Shown here in pieces: positions 31,330 to 44,100 of a DNA stretch of 64,000 bases. The stretch is taken from contig JAOAHM010000037.1 in the NCBI GenBank assembly GCA_026415235.1, positions 2,571-66,570 on the forward strand, written 5' to 3'. Below the pieces are notes generated by a model that did no database searches, had not been told where the DNA came from, and saw nothing but the letters and a program-made list of their open reading frames with translations. Position numbers and translations under genes: made by a program. Positions within the stretch are counted from its first letter, which is position 1. Every line of letters starts with the position of its first letter. The stretch is from Ignavibacteria bacterium (GTDB lineage: Bacteria > Bacteroidota > Ignavibacteria > Ch128b).

Positions 31330-31979
31330 TGTACAAAGATATCACAGCAATCGTTTTAGCTGGTGGAAAAAGCAAACGAATGGGCAAAGAAAAAGCTTTA
31401 CTCCACATTGGCGAAAAAACAATCATTGATGTTTTGATCGAAAAGCTGAAAACTCGCTTCCAAAAAATTATTTTGAGCACAAACACTCCAGAAAGTTTTG
31501 CTTTCCTAAGAATACAAATGGTTGAAGATTTTTATAAAAATGTTGGTCCTCTCGGTGGTATTCATGCTGGACTTTTGGAATCTGATACAGAAAAAAATTT
31601 TGTAATCTCTTGTGATTTACCATTGATGTCTATTGAGATGATTGATTTTATTTGCAATTACAAAAGCGATAAAAAAATTGTTGTTTGTAAAGCTGGCGAT
31701 TACATTGAACCAACTTTTGGGATTTATAACAAAGAAGTTGTGGATGATATAGAAGTAATCTTAAACTTAAATCTTCAATACGGTCTTTCATCAAAAGATA
31801 TTTCGATACATTCAGCTATTGAAAAAATCGGTGCAGAGATAATTGACGCAACAAAACTACCATTTTATAACGAAGATTTGTTTTACAACATGAACACATT
31901 TGAAGATTATATTTATGTAACTAAACGACTTGGTGTGCCAAATAGATTTGATGTAGTGAAAAAAAATACAGGCACTTGA
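31330..31979 (+). CDS. mobA: molybdenum cofactor guanylyltransferase MobA-like nucleotidyltransferase
   Basis: ITAIVLAGGKSKRMGKEKALL N-terminal motif. I prefer the start at MYKD with the upstream GAGGGGAG RBS over the track's 31290. Confidence 0.7.
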
Positions 31980-31983
31980 TTTA

Positions 31984-32463
31984 TTACTGAAACTTTTCTT
32001 TCAATTTTTCAGCAACATAGGGTGGGACAAAATCGCTTACATTTGCTTTTAATCGAGCCAATTCACGCACAATGCTCGAATTCAAATATGTATATTTTTC
32101 GTGAGGCATAAGAAAGACCGTCGTAATTCCGTTTGAAATTTTTCTATTCATCAATGCCATTTGAAATTCGTACTCAAAATCACTCACAGCGCGAAGTCCT
32201 CTGATGATTGCAATCGCTCCTTTCTGTTTTGCGTATTCAACGAGTAAACCGTCAAAGACATCCACTTCAACATTCTTAATTCCTTGAATTGAATTTCTAA
32301 TCATATCCACTCTTTCTTCTTTGCTAAAAAGAGGTTTCTTAGAAGCATTTTCAAGAACAGCGACAATAACAACATCAAAAAGTTCAGATGCTCTTTGAAT
32401 AACATCTAAATGACCAAAGGTTATTGGGTCGAATGTTCCAGGATAAATTGCCAATTTCTTCAT
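31984..32463 (-). CDS. coaD: phosphopantetheine adenylyltransferase
   Basis: [21 protein letters not shown] (T/HxGH). Confidence 0.92.
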   Translation of the reverse strand: MKKLAIYPGTFDPITFGHLDVIQRASELFDVVIVAVLENASKKPLFSKEERVDMIRNSIQGIKNVEVDVFDGLLVEYAKQKGAIAIIRGLRAVSDFEYEFQMALMNRKISNGITTVFLMPHEKYTYLNSSIVRELARLKANVSDFVPPYVAEKLKEKFQ

Positions 32464-32464
32464 T

Positions 32465-33016
32465 TTAATTTTCTCCTATAACTTTAAGATAAATAACATC
32501 ACCGCCCACTTTTCGATATGGTTCTAACATAAAATTTTCTGTGTCTTCTTTTATTGTGTTTCTACTTCGTTGAATAACAAGAACTCCATTCTCCGAAATC
32601 AATTTTCTTGAAATTATATTTCGATATACTTCGTAAATTGAATCTGAATTATATGGTGGGTCTGCAAAAATTAAATCAAATTTTTCTTGTGTTTTGCGAG
32701 TATAATTTTCGGCGCTATCTTTCACGACTCTAATTTTATCTTCAATTCCAAGTTGTTTCGCATTTTCGATTATCAATTTATAGACATTAAAATCTCTTTC
32801 AACAAAAGTACAAACTTTAGCACCACGACTTATTGCTTCAAAACCAACTGCTCCAGTTCCAGCGTAAAGGTCGCATGCAGTTATTCCTTCAAAATCTATG
32901 TAATGTCTTAAAATATTAAAAAGTGTTTCACGATATCTATCCGTTGCTGGTCGAAGTTCAGGAGTTTTTATTGTCTTAATTTTTCTGTTTTTTAATTCAC
33001 CAGAAATAATTCGCAT
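32465..33016 (-). CDS. rsmD: 16S rRNA (guanine966-N2)-methyltransferase
   Basis: [24 protein letters not shown]. Confidence 0.88.
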   Translation of the reverse strand: MRIISGELKNRKIKTIKTPELRPATDRYRETLFNILRHYIDFEGITACDLYAGTGAVGFEAISRGAKVCTFVERDFNVYKLIIENAKQLGIEDKIRVVKDSAENYTRKTQEKFDLIFADPPYNSDSIYEVYRNIISRKLISENGVLVIQRSRNTIKEDTENFMLEPYRKVGGDVIYLKVIGEN

Positions 33017-33019
33017 TTA

Positions 33020-33940
33020 TTATTTCCTTAAAGCAATTCCACAAGCAGGTGCAAACTCGTGAAGATTTTCGTAGACAGGAGAATTCAAGACATTTTTATT
33101 TATGATGAAATATCTGAATGGATTAATAAGAATTATTTCTATCGGAGTTATAGAATCCAATTCATCAATAAATCTTTTACTAACTTTCTCACCCCATGCA
33201 AAAATTTTTCCGATTTTATTTTTCATACTCTTAATTAACGGAACCAATTCTTTTTCGAAGTAAGTTAATATCTCCTCATTATTTTTGAAAGTTACTTTTC
33301 TATAACTAACAACAGAACCATTTTGTATTAAACTTAAATCAAAACAATTTTCTTTGAAAGAAATTAAAAAATTATTTGACTCATTGAATTCAGGATAAAC
33401 AGCTTTACAAATTGTTTCAGTTGAAAAATGGTCAACATCTGTGACTTTTATTTTAAGGTTCAAATCTTCGAAGATGTGTTTGAAGAAATTCAGAATTACT
33501 TTTTGAATTGCTAAAAAAATAATTTCATCAAAGGTACCATCATTTCTTGGATTAATAGGATGATATGATAGAGTATAATCATCTGGCTTTTCTAAAATAA
33601 AATGCTGTTTGAATTCCCAAATCAGCTGATCTTTTAATTCAAGTGGATGTAAGGTTGGTTCGATTGGAATTTTAATTATATAAGTAAGAATTGAGTCAAT
33701 TGCTAAATTTATTTTTCTATCTGCGAAAAGTCCTTGATTTGCAGCTTTCGAGAGAATTGTGAGAATCTTGTTTCTATTTTCTTGGGTTAGATAGTTCTTA
33801 AAATCTAATGGAGATATGTAGGGAAATTTTTCTAAGGATTTGACTTCAATTTTTCCATCGGATTGAGATTCGAGTATAACCCAGTAGAGGCTTTCTCGAC
33901 CAATGAAAAACCCTACTGAGTTAACTCGATCTCCTTCCAT
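33020..33940 (-). CDS. hypothetical protein (possibly DUF3822-like, as often found upstream of rsmD in FCB bacteria)
   Basis: 306-aa ORF with no recognisable motifs; conserved position in the rsmD-coaD cluster. Confidence 0.45.
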   Translation of the reverse strand: MEGDRVNSVGFFIGRESLYWVILESQSDGKIEVKSLEKFPYISPLDFKNYLTQENRNKILTILSKAANQGLFADRKINLAIDSILTYIIKIPIEPTLHPLELKDQLIWEFKQHFILEKPDDYTLSYHPINPRNDGTFDEIIFLAIQKVILNFFKHIFEDLNLKIKVTDVDHFSTETICKAVYPEFNESNNFLISFKENCFDLSLIQNGSVVSYRKVTFKNNEEILTYFEKELVPLIKSMKNKIGKIFAWGEKVSKRFIDELDSITPIEIILINPFRYFIINKNVLNSPVYENLHEFAPACGIALRK

Positions 33941-33948
33941 TTCAAAAA

Positions 33949-34488
33949 TTATTTCTCACCCCAGCTGGTTTGATTAACTTTGGCTGGATTGTTTATATCA
34001 CCAATAAAACCGTATCCATCTGGGCATTCAAGATAGTATGTCTGTCCAATTACAACACTTGTATCTATTCTCAAGAATCTACCTGATTTAGTGAATACAG
34101 AGTCAGCAGTTACGGTTGTATCAATTTTAAGAATATATTGAGTATGAGATTTTGGTGACCAACGCAACGAATCGAGGACAAATTGTCCATGCTTAAGTGG
34201 CTTGAATAAAGAATCTGCTTTTGCTTGTAATTCTGGATTCTTTCTAAATAAATTAAACAAAGAATCAAAGTTATCGGTGTACTTACCAAATTTTTCTTTA
34301 TAAAGAATTTCTAATTGTTTGATGTTAGTCATTCTGAGTCTGGATTCTTCTTTCCAATATCTTTCTTGTTCAAGTATTCTTTGTGGTTCGAGTATTGCAA
34401 CTTGTATTAATAAATAGGTTAATCCAACAATAATCAAAATTAAAATTATATGAATATATGCAGGTTCGGATTTGTGAGTTGATGACAT
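33949..34488 (-). CDS. hypothetical membrane-anchored protein
   Basis: N-terminal TM IHIILILIIVGLTYLLIQVAIL; 179 aa. Confidence 0.45.
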   Translation of the reverse strand: MSSTHKSEPAYIHIILILIIVGLTYLLIQVAILEPQRILEQERYWKEESRLRMTNIKQLEILYKEKFGKYTDNFDSLFNLFRKNPELQAKADSLFKPLKHGQFVLDSLRWSPKSHTQYILKIDTTVTADSVFTKSGRFLRIDTSVVIGQTYYLECPDGYGFIGDINNPAKVNQTSWGEK

Positions 34489-34502
34489 CTTACCTCCAAT
34501 AG

Positions 34503-36124
<1,622 letters not shown>

Positions 36125-36844
36125 TTATTTCACCTCCTCATTATTATTGTTTTGATTCTCCGAAGAAGCTGATTCAATATTCATCTCACTTGAGACAATT
36201 ACTTTTGAATGTCGAATTACTTTGTCATGCAAAAGATAACCTTTTTCAACTTCTTCGACTACTGTCATTGGTTCGACATTCTCCTTTGGTACTTGAAGCA
36301 ATGCCTCGTGATAATTGAAATCAAATGGTTGATTTAATGCATCAATTTTCTTGAGACCATAGTCTGACAAAACTTTCATTAATTTATTATACACCATTTC
36401 GACGCCTTGAAGAATTGTGTTGTTTTTTAATTCTTCTTTACTGAAAGTTAAAGTTCTTTCAAAATCATCAATAATCGGTAACAAATCTTTAATTAATTTT
36501 TCGTTAGCATATTTAATAAGTTGAATTTGGTCCTGCTCAACTCGTTTTTTGTAATTATCAAATTCTGCCATTTTACGAAGGAATTTATCTTTCCACTGAT
36601 TCACTTCGTCTCTTAATTGATTAATTTCATTCTGCAATTTTTCCATCTCGTTTACTTCTTCATCTCCTTTCTTTTCAGTTGTTTCATCGGAAGGAACTTG
36701 TTCAGAAATTTCTTTATTAATTTCTTCAGTTTGATTCAATTCAAGATTTTCCTGATTAGTTTTTTCTTCTTGATTAATATCACTTTCGTTATTTGATGAT
36801 AAATTATTTTGTTCGGTTTGATTTACTTTTTCTTTGTCTTCCAT
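36125..36844 (-). CDS. grpE: nucleotide exchange factor GrpE
   Basis: Acidic N-terminus, coiled-coil, C-terminal GrpE fold motifs (LLPIIDDFER, VEEVEKGY). Confidence 0.88.
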   Translation of the reverse strand: MEDKEKVNQTEQNNLSSNNESDINQEEKTNQENLELNQTEEINKEISEQVPSDETTEKKGDEEVNEMEKLQNEINQLRDEVNQWKDKFLRKMAEFDNYKKRVEQDQIQLIKYANEKLIKDLLPIIDDFERTLTFSKEELKNNTILQGVEMVYNKLMKVLSDYGLKKIDALNQPFDFNYHEALLQVPKENVEPMTVVEEVEKGYLLHDKVIRHSKVIVSSEMNIESASSENQNNNNEEVK

Positions 36845-36859
36845 ATCATCACCTCCTTC

Positions 36860-37915
36860 TCATTCATTTAATTTTTTGCTTAAGATATTAGTAAGCAATT
36901 TTGACATGTAACCAACAATTGCAATTATTTTAGGATAGTCCATTCTTCGAGGACCAATCATTCCAATTACACCATCAGCATCACCAAATTTATATTTGGT
37001 AGTAACGACACTGAACTCACTTAATTTCTCAAAAACATTTTCACGACCAATGGACACCAAAATTTTATCGTTTTCGAGTTTGCTTGTTCTTTCGAAGATA
37101 TGAAGAATTACTTCTTTATCTTCAATTAATTCAATTACTGCCTGAATATGCTCTGTATCAGAAAACTCTGGAACTTGAAGAATATTCTTTACACCTGAGA
37201 TATGAACTTTTTCTATCTCTTTTTCTTCTGAGAAAATTTTATCAATCGAATCGATAAATAATCGAACAATACCTGTTTTTTCATCTTTAAGGTCAGCTAC
37301 TCGATCAACAAATGTATTTCTAATTTCTTCAAGTGTAAGACCAGCTATTCTTTCATTCAATAAACTCTGAATTGTATCAACTTTATCTTGTTCAATTTCA
37401 ATTGGAATTTCTAAATCAATCGTTTTGATAATTCCACCACGAAGGGAAAGAACTACCAACAAAATCTTATGCGGGAGAACAACAAGCTGAATTCTTTCAA
37501 GAACAGCTTTCATTATTTGTGGATAAGAAACAAGAGCAAGTTGAGAAGAAATCTTGCCTAAAATTTTTGACGCAATTTTTAATAGTTCTTCTTCATCTTC
37601 AATTAATTCAGGATTTATTTCTCTATCAATTTTTCTTTTCACCTGAGGAGCTAAATGTGGCTCTTCCATTAATAAATCTACATAAATTCTATATCCTAAA
37701 TCAGTTGGAATTCTCCCTGCTGAAGTGTGCGGATGATAAATCAATCCCATCTCTTCCAAATCAGCCATTACATTACGAATCGAAGCAGGGCTCAAACCCA
37801 GTTGATATTTTTTGCTAATAACCCTTGAACCAACTGGATTTGCTGTCAAAATAAAATTCTGAACTATACATTTTAATATTTGTTTTTCTCTTTCAGTGAG
37901 TTCTATGTTAACCAT
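36860..37915 (-). CDS. hrcA: heat-inducible transcription repressor HrcA
   Basis: N-terminal winged helix with SRVISKKYQLGLSPASIRNVMADLEEMGL; 351 aa. Confidence 0.85.
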   Translation of the reverse strand: MVNIELTEREKQILKCIVQNFILTANPVGSRVISKKYQLGLSPASIRNVMADLEEMGLIYHPHTSAGRIPTDLGYRIYVDLLMEEPHLAPQVKRKIDREINPELIEDEEELLKIASKILGKISSQLALVSYPQIMKAVLERIQLVVLPHKILLVVLSLRGGIIKTIDLEIPIEIEQDKVDTIQSLLNERIAGLTLEEIRNTFVDRVADLKDEKTGIVRLFIDSIDKIFSEEKEIEKVHISGVKNILQVPEFSDTEHIQAVIELIEDKEVILHIFERTSKLENDKILVSIGRENVFEKLSEFSVVTTKYKFGDADGVIGMIGPRRMDYPKIIAIVGYMSKLLTNILSKKLNE

Positions 37916-37928
37916 AACGCTTCTCTAT

Positions 37929-37965
37929 CACTAATATATTAAAACTCAAAATCTTAAAGACCAAA
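37929..37965. promoter_or_regulatory. degenerate CIRCE-like inverted repeat in the hrcA leader
   Basis: TTAAAACTC-N19-GAGTTCAGT versus the CIRCE consensus TTAGCACTC-N9-GAGTGCTAA; 7/9 and 5/9 matches with an atypical spacer. Confidence 0.3.
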
Positions 37966-38023
37966 TGAGTTCAGTCATTTATATTTCGAAAATTTTTTGA
38001 AAATTTTGGTAGTCTTTATTTTC

Positions 38024-39169
38024 TTAATCAGAATTTATTATTTCATTAAAAACCCATTCGATGGACATAAAACTATTTTTCTTTATAAAGGTTTCAATAT
38101 TACTTTGAAAATCCTCAAAATTTGATGCATTTATACATTTTTCGATTCCTTCTGCCAAAGCTTTCGGATTTCTTGGTTCTACAATAAAACCAGTTTTACC
38201 ATCTTCAACTAATTCGGGGAGTCCACCAACATTTGTAACGACTACTGGTTTTTTAAATCCATAAGCAATATTCAATATTCCACTTTGAGTTGCAGAATTG
38301 TATGGAAGAACAACCACATCTGCTGCTGAATAATAAATCCCAACCTCTTCGTTTGGAACAAATTCATCAATTACTAAAACATTTTTTGATATTTCTAATT
38401 CTTTAATTCTATCGAAGTATTTTTCTTTAGATTCATAAAACTCGCCTACGATAAGCAAAAAATAATTTTCATCTTTTTCAAGAAGAATAGGCATTGCTTC
38501 GATTAAATTCATTAATCCTTTGTAAGCTCTTATGTAACCAAAAAAGAGCAAGACTTTTTTCTCATCACCAATTCCAAGTTTTTTTCTAGCGTCAGATTTT
38601 GAGAGTTTCGAATCAAAACCATAACAATCATAAATCGGTAAAGTAGAACGAAAAACTTTTTTATCAGGATACATCGAACGAATTCCTTTTTCAACTACAT
38701 CAGAGAGAACAAGAAATTTATCAGCCGAAGCAAGAGCATACTTTGTTAATATCTTATCATAAAACATTGATTCATGTGAGACGATGTTTTCTGTTATAAA
38801 AAGTATTTTGTTTTTGAATTTCTTGTGAAGTGCTCTTGCAATTGTACCAATTGAAAAACCAAAAAATGGTTGATACCAAATGAAAGCAATTAAATCAGGT
38901 TTCTTTGCTTTAATATAATTAATTGTTTTAATCCAACTTATTGGATTAATTGAATCAATTAACCTTGTAGATGGATGCTTTTTAATTGGGACTTTGCTCA
39001 CATCTTCCTGACGACTTCCTGGAAAAAGCAACTGTGGATAAAGGCGAGAGAAGTTAACAACTTCAATTTCAAAAGCTTTTGAAAGTGCTTCATACAGGTG
39101 AGCAACAAACAATGCATTGCCACCACGATATGGATAAGCTGGTCCAACTAAGATTATTCTCTTCTTCAT
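38024..39169 (-). CDS. glycosyltransferase family 4 (GT-B fold)
   Basis: C-terminal GGLPELVEDGKTGFIVEP and EX7E-like region. Confidence 0.8.
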   Translation of the reverse strand: MKKRIILVGPAYPYRGGNALFVAHLYEALSKAFEIEVVNFSRLYPQLLFPGSRQEDVSKVPIKKHPSTRLIDSINPISWIKTINYIKAKKPDLIAFIWYQPFFGFSIGTIARALHKKFKNKILFITENIVSHESMFYDKILTKYALASADKFLVLSDVVEKGIRSMYPDKKVFRSTLPIYDCYGFDSKLSKSDARKKLGIGDEKKVLLFFGYIRAYKGLMNLIEAMPILLEKDENYFLLIVGEFYESKEKYFDRIKELEISKNVLVIDEFVPNEEVGIYYSAADVVVLPYNSATQSGILNIAYGFKKPVVVTNVGGLPELVEDGKTGFIVEPRNPKALAEGIEKCINASNFEDFQSNIETFIKKNSFMSIEWVFNEIINSD

Positions 39170-40758
39170 ATTTTTAATTTTATCACGAGCATGTGATTTA
39201 ATTTTTGATATTTCAATCTTTTGTCAGTAAAAACTTTGACTACTTCATACTTGTTGTTTAATATCTTTGGAAAGTAATATTTATTTTCTGGTTTATCACT
39301 TAAAAAATAATCAACTAAATAATCAATCTTTTTTCTCTTCAAATATTGAAGATATTCTTTTTCGCCTTTTTTATAAACTTCAAGAAGTTCATCGTTGTTA
39401 ACCATTCCATCTAAGTTAATGAAACGAAATTGAGTAAAATAAGATAGTATGCCTGTATTAGCAGATGCATAAATTTTTTCTTTAGGTAAATTTTCTTTTA
39501 TCCATTGTGCTGTTTTGTACGCTAAAGTCTGTTCGTGCTGAGCAGTGAAAATTTTAATTCCCCCAAGTATAAAAATCAACATGATTAAACTAAGAACAAA
39601 GATTTTAACTTTTTGGAGAACAGAAAGGAATTTCGAATTCAACCAATTGTTCAATGCCATTAAAAGAAAAATTGTGAGAATTATAAATTCAGGTAAAAAG
39701 TAATAGAAACGATATTCCCAAAAATAGAGTGTATAAAATGAATAGTGAAAGAGCAAATAAAGAGGAATAAAACCAAAACCTTTCCATTGTTTTAGAGAAA
39801 CTTTGATGTAACCAGACTTGAGAAATAAAACAACTAAAATTATCACCGTAACAATTACTACATAAACGGCAATTTGTTCAACTAAACCAAATCCACGATT
39901 TGCAAATAAATCGAAATTGAACGGAAAAATAAATCTTCTTATTTCATACAAAATAAAATCTATGGTAAAATAGTCACCAACTTGACTTAAAACTGCTCTA
40001 TGATTATGAAATACTTTTGCTCTCCCACTTATTGGCACAGGATTTTTGAAGTTAATGTAATTGTAAATCAAATAAGGTATAAATAACAAAGAAAATCCAA
40101 TTCCAGCTGAAAAGACTTTTTTAAATTTACTTATGATTGAAATTTCTTTTTTGGACAATAAATAAATTGCAAAAGCAAGAATGTAAAACCCACCATCAAG
40201 TCTCGATAGTGCAGCTAATGAAATTATTAAACCAAAGAGGAAGTATTTTTTTATGTCTTTTTCATCACTGAAATTTTTTAAGTAAATATCATAGAATAAA
40301 AATGAAATAATTAAAAATAACCAATAGAAATTTGTCTCAAGACTTTTGAAGTTTATCGCAATCAATACTGGATTTAGAAAAATGAAAGTTGTTGATAACA
40401 AAGCAGCAAAATCATCACCAGAAAGTCGCTTAACAAAATTAAATGTAAGATAAGCTGCGAAAGTTGAGATTAATGAAAGGATTATTTGACTTATTATAAT
40501 TGGTGTAAAAATATCATAAGCGAAAATTTTGTAATTCAAAACAAGAAACCAAAGTACAAGCGGTTGATATCCATTAGTAGGATTTATTTGGTCAAAAGTA
40601 GAACCATAACCATTTGCAATGTTCTGAGCAATTCTGAAATAATAGTAACTATCGTCAGAAGAAATTCCATGTGTGATTGAGAACTCAATCGAAAATGATA
40701 TGATTAATCGAATAATTAATCCAATTACTAATACAGAATAAAATATCTTCCGAGTCAT
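39166..40758 (-). CDS. polytopic membrane protein, putative GT-C-fold glycosyltransferase (ArnT/PMT-like)
   Basis: About 12 TM segments, N-terminal loop with D-rich GISSDDSYYY, co-operonic with the GT4 gene. Confidence 0.5.
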   Translation of the reverse strand: MTRKIFYSVLVIGLIIRLIISFSIEFSITHGISSDDSYYYFRIAQNIANGYGSTFDQINPTNGYQPLVLWFLVLNYKIFAYDIFTPIIISQIILSLISTFAAYLTFNFVKRLSGDDFAALLSTTFIFLNPVLIAINFKSLETNFYWLFLIISFLFYDIYLKNFSDEKDIKKYFLFGLIISLAALSRLDGGFYILAFAIYLLSKKEISIISKFKKVFSAGIGFSLLFIPYLIYNYINFKNPVPISGRAKVFHNHRAVLSQVGDYFTIDFILYEIRRFIFPFNFDLFANRGFGLVEQIAVYVVIVTVIILVVLFLKSGYIKVSLKQWKGFGFIPLYLLFHYSFYTLYFWEYRFYYFLPEFIILTIFLLMALNNWLNSKFLSVLQKVKIFVLSLIMLIFILGGIKIFTAQHEQTLAYKTAQWIKENLPKEKIYASANTGILSYFTQFRFINLDGMVNNDELLEVYKKGEKEYLQYLKRKKIDYLVDYFLSDKPENKYYFPKILNNKYEVVKVFTDKRLKYQKLNHMLVIKLKI

Positions 40759-40900
40759 TTTCTAATGGGATGAATAATATTAATTGTAATCGTAGTGCAA
40801 AATTAAAATTAAAATAAGTAGTCAAAAAATTTTGTGAATGATATTGATTCGATTGAAATAATTTGAAGTGAATATCAAATAAGCAAATTGTTTTTAGTTC

Positions 40901-41095
40901 AATCCCGCTTGAGTGGGATTTTTTGAACTGCGTAAATATTTATAGTAAAGCTACTGTCGGTAAAACATTAATGTGAAAACATAAACAACTATTGAAACAG
41001 AAAACAAAACTGTTTCAAAAAAATCATCCCAATTGAGCGAGATTTCTTCGTTCATCGTGACTATTTATGGTCACGCTAATGTCGGGAAAACATTA
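40901..41095. repeat. two copies of a ~70-nt intergenic element (hairpin + 35-nt conserved box)
   Basis: The two 35-nt boxes are atatttatagtaaagctactgtcggtaaaacattaa at 40937..40971 and ctatttatggtcacgctaatgtcgggaaaacattaa at 41061..41095, sharing 29/35 nt. Hairpins aatcccgcttgagtgggatt (40901..40920) and gtgactatttatggtcac (41054..41071) are associated. Confidence 0.6.
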
Positions 41096-41117
41096 AACTC
41101 GCAAGAACATCACCACA

Positions 41118-44100
41118 TTACTTAAGAAGTATCATCTTTTTTGTTTCTCTGAAATTCTGTGCTTGAAGAGAATAGTAATAAACTCCAGAGGGCAATTTAT
41201 TACCATCAAACTCAAAAGAATAAGTTCCTTTTGAAAGTTTTCGTTGAACAATTGTTTGAACTTCTTGTCCGAGTAAGTTATAAACTTTCAAAGCAACATA
41301 ATCATCTTCTGGAATCGAAAAGATGATATTTGTCTTTGCATTGAAAGGATTAGGATAATTTTGCCTTAGTTCAAAACTTAAAATTGGAATATGTTCATCT
41401 TTGATTTGAGTTAAAGGTAAGTTGTACAAGTAAAATTCGTTTGCTTCAAGGTCGCCGTTACCATTTCCACTTGGACATTGTGCTTGCAAAGCTCCACCAT
41501 CTTGAGTTTGATATGCTCCAATTGCAATGTAAACACGTTTAGGAATGTAACCAAGTTCACTTTGCAAATTAATTGCTCCTTCTAAAAATTGTCCTGATGC
41601 ATTCTTAACAATTCCTTGTGTATCAAACCAACCTGACCAATTATTTGTCGACTCATTCCCAAGAAATGCATCCCACTGCATAACCTTTCCAGTTTTTGCC
41701 CAAGGCGAGCTTCTCAAATTTCTAAGCGAATCTGCAATGAATATAAAAATATCTCTTCCTTGACTCTGCGCTGATTGCGTTGCTACATACAACTCACTTC
41801 CATTCCAATCAACATACAAATCAATATTTTGATTTGAAGCAACTTTTCTCGCTGTAGTATCAACTTTCCCATCCATTATAAATTGATGTGTTTGAGTTCC
41901 TCCATCAAAAACAATTTGATAATCTTGACCATTGTTATTATCCCAAGTGTTGTCATTAAAATGTATTACAAATGCAACTCGATTGACAAACTGCTCTGGT
42001 TTATTAAAAGGACCAATTTTGATTCTCAATATTTTATTTGTATCGGGACCACTCATTGGAGACTCTACTGCTGGACCAGTTCCATTATAAAGAACAGTGC
42101 CAGGTGTCCAATAAACTTGATTTGGTGTTTGCCATTGCTTTCCTGAGTTGTTAACTCCCCAATGTAATTTTGCACCAATATTGGAATTTAAAACTGTAAT
42201 TGTAATTGTATCATTTCTTGTTGGGTTTTGTGGAGTCCAACTAACTCTATTTTGCGTTCCTGTAGAACTGCTTCCAACCCAAACTTCTTTTATTTCAGAC
42301 TTAGAAACATTATTAAAACTATCAACTGCTTCTACATAATATCCAATAAGTTTGTTTGTAAATCCTGTTATCTCTGCTGAGTATTCTTTTGCTTTAAATA
42401 ATGGTTGAGGGTTTGTTTGTGAAGGTTGAGAAATTCCTACCATATCAATTTCAAACCATTCGCTCACCTCACTTCCACCGATATATGTTTCGTTGTGAAT
42501 GGAGTTTGGCGAGTTTACTCCATCATAATCAATTCGATATTTCAATTTAACTGACTTCAAACCGCTCTTATCGAAAACATAAGTCCACACTTTAAAATTA
42601 TTTGGTTGTTGAATTCCAAATTCAGTTCCTCCTGGATTGTATGGATCTCTCTGTGGGGAAAAAATGGTTGGTGGAGTATTGTCAGGACCTGTAATTTGTC
42701 TTGCCAAATTTATTGCTTGGTTAGCAGCTCGAGTTGGATGTGAATCCCATATTCCATTTAAAGAGCCATCCCAGTACCAGTAATCGCTTGACTGTGCAAC
42801 CATCAAATAATTTAATGCTGATTGTGTTCTTTGGTCGTTCGGGGCAATTGAATAAGCTGTTTCAACAAAATTTTTTGCTGCTGTTAATACTGCCCAACTA
42901 TTTCTATCAGGACTGTAACCTGTTGCATCAGGATCACCAAGCCATTTTTTGAATTCAGGATCTCCGTTATCGGCACCACTCCAACTTCCATCTTCAACAT
43001 GAATCACATCATTAGTATCTGGAGGAAACATTTCAAGATAATCTTCGATTGTAGTACAAACAAAACGAGTGGGATTCGCTTGCAACCAATTTACAAAATT
43101 TTGGAAATTGTGATTGTAATAAGATTCACTGCCTCCACCATAGTTATCACCATCATGATGAAGCACTATTAATATTGGATGTTGTGGATCTGTATTATAA
43201 GCTTCAAGTTGACTCATAACTTGCTCATAATTCAATGCACCAAATCCACCTCTACCATCTTCATTTCCCATATAACGATCAGCTGGAACTGCAATAATTC
43301 TTTTCTTTTCACCCGTTGATGGATTTACATATTCAACATAATGTGGTTGCCTTCCCCATCGAGCTGAATTTCTTGTTGGTGCCCAAAGCCCTGTTAATTG
43401 TATCCAATCGTTTGGATTAGGATTTCGCACATCGGCTCTGTTTGGTTCTACTAAATTACCTGCTGTTGAATAAGGGTATCCAACACAAGCTCTATCAAAA
43501 TGAATATTATCTACCAAAACCCACTTCAATCCTTCATCAACTAAAGCTGGAATTATTCTTGTAGAGAAAGCGTTTTCGGGCGGAAAAATTCCTTTCGAAT
43601 ATTGACCAGGAAAATTTTGACTGAAAATTTGTTTATGCTTTTGTATTTGTCTTCGAATGTCATTGTAGTCAATTAAAGGCATCAATGGATGAAAATAACC
43701 GAATCCGACTAAATCAATTCTTGGATTTCCAAGAGATGTTGTTTGATTTTTTATGTAGTTCCAATGAGATTTCCAATTTTGAAAATTTTGATTTCCTGCT
43801 TGTTCAAGGACATTAAGATTTTCTATTAACGAACCAGAAAAACTAACTTGAGCACCAAAATGAGGCATGTTAGCATTAATACCTTTTTGAACGGCATTCC
43901 TTGGCCATGATGTATATGGTCCTGTTCTTTGATTATGAATATCAACTACAGAAAAAGGATAACGATTGTTCTGCTCTGTTTGAATAATACTCTCATAGGG
44001 CCAATAAATAGGTTGATGCATGTGCCAGAGAAAAGCAATGTAAATTGGCGGATTTGTTTTTTTAAATTCATTCTGATTTTGTGCATTAATTAAATTAATC

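Noticed and set aside
37916-38023. Search for a canonical CIRCE (TTAGCACTC-N9-GAGTGCTAA) upstream of hrcA.
   Set aside because: No 9-N9-9 match was found; only a degenerate inverted repeat with a 19-nt spacer is present. That is reported instead, at low confidence.
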